Translations under genes and position numbers: made by a program | In this document: positions 61,962 through 64,000 of the stretch, in pieces | Numbering within the stretch: position 1 is the stretch's first letter | Layout: the number at the start of each line of letters is the position of its first letter | IMG/VR virus record: IMGVR_UViG_3300017761_003550 | Coordinates: 19,860 to 83,859 of that record | Length of the DNA: 64,000 bases | Direction: 5' to 3' (one strand) | Origin: a virus | Taxonomy: Duplodnaviria > Caudoviricetes | Notes under the pieces: generated by a model | What the model was told of the DNA's origin: nothing | Database searches by the model: none | The model's input: the letters and a program-made list of their open reading frames with translations, nothing else

Positions 61962-62498
61962 ATGGCCTTTAATATCAACGAAATCAAAAGTCAACTGTCA
62001 GGTGGTGGTGCTCGTCAGAACCTGTTCCAAGTTCGTATTACGAACCCAGCGAACGGTGCTGCTGACATCAAAGTACCATTCCTTGTACAAGCTTCTCAAA
62101 TTCCAGCTGCCGGGTTGGGGACCATTCAGGTCCCTTACTTCGGCCGTACTATCAAACTTGCTGGGGACCGCCAATATGGTCCTTGGGAAGTTCTGGTAAT
62201 CAACGATGAAGACTTTAAGATCAGAAACGCCATGGAAGAATGGTCTAACAAGATCAATCGTTTCCAAGGTAACATTCGTGAACTTGCAAACTACAAATCA
62301 CAAGCCCAGGTTATTCAATACGGAAAAGACGGACGTATCCTCCGTGAGTATGAGTTTGTTGGGATTTTCCCAACAAATATCTCAGAAATCAGCCTTAACT
62401 GGGCTGACAATGACCAGATTGAAACATTCGGAGTAACATTCGAATTTGACTACTGGAGAGTTTCTGGTGGCACCACAGGGAATGCTGGCGGTCAGTAA
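61962..62498 (+). CDS. gp19: Tail tube gp19
   Basis: GGARQNLFQV...IPAAGLG.I.VPYFGR.IK.AGDR....W...VINDEDF.IR...E.W...I. Confidence 0.95.
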   Translation: MAFNINEIKSQLSGGGARQNLFQVRITNPANGAADIKVPFLVQASQIPAAGLGTIQVPYFGRTIKLAGDRQYGPWEVLVINDEDFKIRNAMEEWSNKINRFQGNIRELANYKSQAQVIQYGKDGRILREYEFVGIFPTNISEISLNWADNDQIETFGVTFEFDYWRVSGGTTGNAGGQ

Positions 62499-62535
62499 TT
62501 CTGGCTAACGCTTCTCTATTCGGCATGGAGTATAC

Positions 62536-64000
62536 ATGGACCTTTTTGGTTTCAGAATAACACGTAAAGAAAACCAGAACGCAGCACCAATCTCTTTTAC
62601 TCCTGAGGTAAAAGATGATGGTGCGGTTCTGGCCGCTGCTGGCGGTGTTCAAGGCGTATACATCGATCTTGATGGTAGTATTCGTAATGAGGCAGAGCTT
62701 GTCACGAAGTATCGTGAGATGTCTCTCAACCCAGAGATCGACATCGCCATTGATGACATTGTCAACGAAGCTATTTGTCTTGAAGATCTAAAAAAGACAG
62801 TCATCCTTAATCTGGATGAACTTGAAGTAGCACCAAAAATCAAACAAATTATTCAGAGTGAGTTCAATACAGTATTGAATCTTCTTGAGTTCCAACACCA
62901 GGGATATGAACTATTTCGTCGCTGGTATGTAGATGGTCGTTTGTATTATCATCTTATCATTGACAACAAACAACCACAGCTTGGTGTACAAGAAATCCGT
63001 TACGTTGATCCTCGTAAGATCCGTAAGGTTCGTCAGGTAAAACAAAAACAAATTCAAGGTATGCCTGTCGTAGAGACGGTTGATGAGTATTTCGTATACA
63101 ACCCAAGAGGGTTTGCGAAAGCTGTATCACCAGCCACGTTGCCGGACCAAGGGCAATTAACTGGTCTTAAGATTTCTAAGGATGCGATTGCTCACTGCAC
63201 CAGCGGTCTAACATCAACCAATGGTGATGTTGTAACTGGTTATCTGCAGAAAGCCATTAAACCACTCAACCAGCTTAAAGCGATGGAAGACTCGCTAGTC
63301 ATTTATCGCATCTCTCGCGCACCAGAACGTCGTGTGTTCTACATTGATGTCGGTAACCTGCCTAAGCTTAAAGCCGAACAGTATCTGCGCGACATTATGA
63401 CCAAGTTCAAGAATAAGCTTGTTTACGACGCATCCAGCGGAGAAATCCGTGATGATCGTAAATTTATGACGATGCTTGAGGATTTCTGGCTACCACGTCG
63501 CGAAGGCGGTAAGGGTACAGAAATTACGACTCTGCCAGGTGGTCAAAACCTTGGAGATATCGACGATATTAAATATTTCCAGAACAACTTATACAAATCA
63601 CTCAACGTTCCAATTACACGTCTTGATCCAACACAGGCTTATACATTAGGCCGTGCTACAGAGATTACGCGTGATGAACTTAAATTTACCAAGTTTATCA
63701 AGCGGCTTCGCTCCCGTTTCTCTGATCTTTTCAATAAGATCATGGAGAAACAACTTATCCTAAAAGGTGTCATCAATCAAGACGAATGGAAGCAGATTCG
63801 CCAATATTTCCAGTATGTTTTTAATGACGACAGTCATACATCAGAACTAAAAGATCTAGAGATAATGCGCGATCGAATTGATATGGTCGCCAATCTCATT
63901 GGTAACGGTATTGTTGGTAAATATCTATCACACCAAACAGTTCGTAAACAGATTCTAAGACAGAGCGAAGAAGACATTGAACGTGAAAATGAGAAGATCA
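62536..64000 (+). CDS. gp20: Portal protein gp20 (3' end outside window)
   Basis: MDLFGF..., LFRRWYVDGRLYYH, KPLNQLKAMEDSLVIYRISRAPERRVFYIDVGNLPK.KAEQY, EDFWLPRREGGKGTEITTLPGGQNLG. Confidence 0.96.
   Translation, partial: MDLFGFRITRKENQNAAPISFTPEVKDDGAVLAAAGGVQGVYIDLDGSIRNEAELVTKYREMSLNPEIDIAIDDIVNEAICLEDLKKTVILNLDELEVAPKIKQIIQSEFNTVLNLLEFQHQGYELFRRWYVDGRLYYHLIIDNKQPQLGVQEIRYVDPRKIRKVRQVKQKQIQGMPVVETVDEYFVYNPRGFAKAVSPATLPDQGQLTGLKISKDAIAHCTSGLTSTNGDVVTGYLQKAIKPLNQLKAMEDSLVIYRISRAPERRVFYIDVGNLPKLKAEQYLRDIMTKFKNKLVYDASSGEIRDDRKFMTMLEDFWLPRREGGKGTEITTLPGGQNLGDIDDIKYFQNNLYKSLNVPITRLDPTQAYTLGRATEITRDELKFTKFIKRLRSRFSDLFNKIMEKQLILKGVINQDEWKQIRQYFQYVFNDDSHTSELKDLEIMRDRIDMVANLIGNGIVGKYLSHQTVRKQILRQSEEDIERENEKI

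Noticed and set aside
57638-64000. Introns or inteins in terminase, sheath, tube or portal
   Set aside because: Reading frames are continuous with family motifs in order; no intein terminal motifs were recognised.

Overview
This window is a 64-kb segment of a large T4-like (Tevenvirinae-related) myophage genome. The host is most likely an alphaproteobacterium, judged from the permuted tmRNA with a GGCAGUG T-loop and an ANDN...LAA tag. Layout: (1) 1-4400 accessory region with small ORFs, an M15 peptidase, a two-piece tmRNA, an outer-membrane beta-barrel, tRNA-Asn and a GIY-YIG endonuclease; (2) 4400-7600 replication/late-transcription genes 33, 59 and 32 with an inserted methyltransferase; (3) 7600-12100 minus-strand hub/head module (tape-measure-like gene, 51, 26, 54, 2, 4); (4) 12100-37600 baseplate genes 48, 53, hub, 5, 25, 6, 7, 8 and VrlC-like genes, interrupted by an HNH gene, a structured non-coding block and His-rich ORFs; (5) 37700-54900 fibre region with a collagen-like fibre, a three-domain glycosyltransferase, a 2410-aa modular fibre and a 2OG-Fe(II) oxygenase; (6) 54900-64000 genes 13-20. 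Strongest leads: a candidate phage-encoded virion glycosylation system; a candidate -1 frameshift fusing gp26 to an ATG-less gp51 just before the tape-measure-like gene; a phage two-piece tmRNA; and a family of His-rich putative internal head polyproteins. All family assignments come from motif recognition and synteny by eye. No database searches were run, and counts are hand counts.
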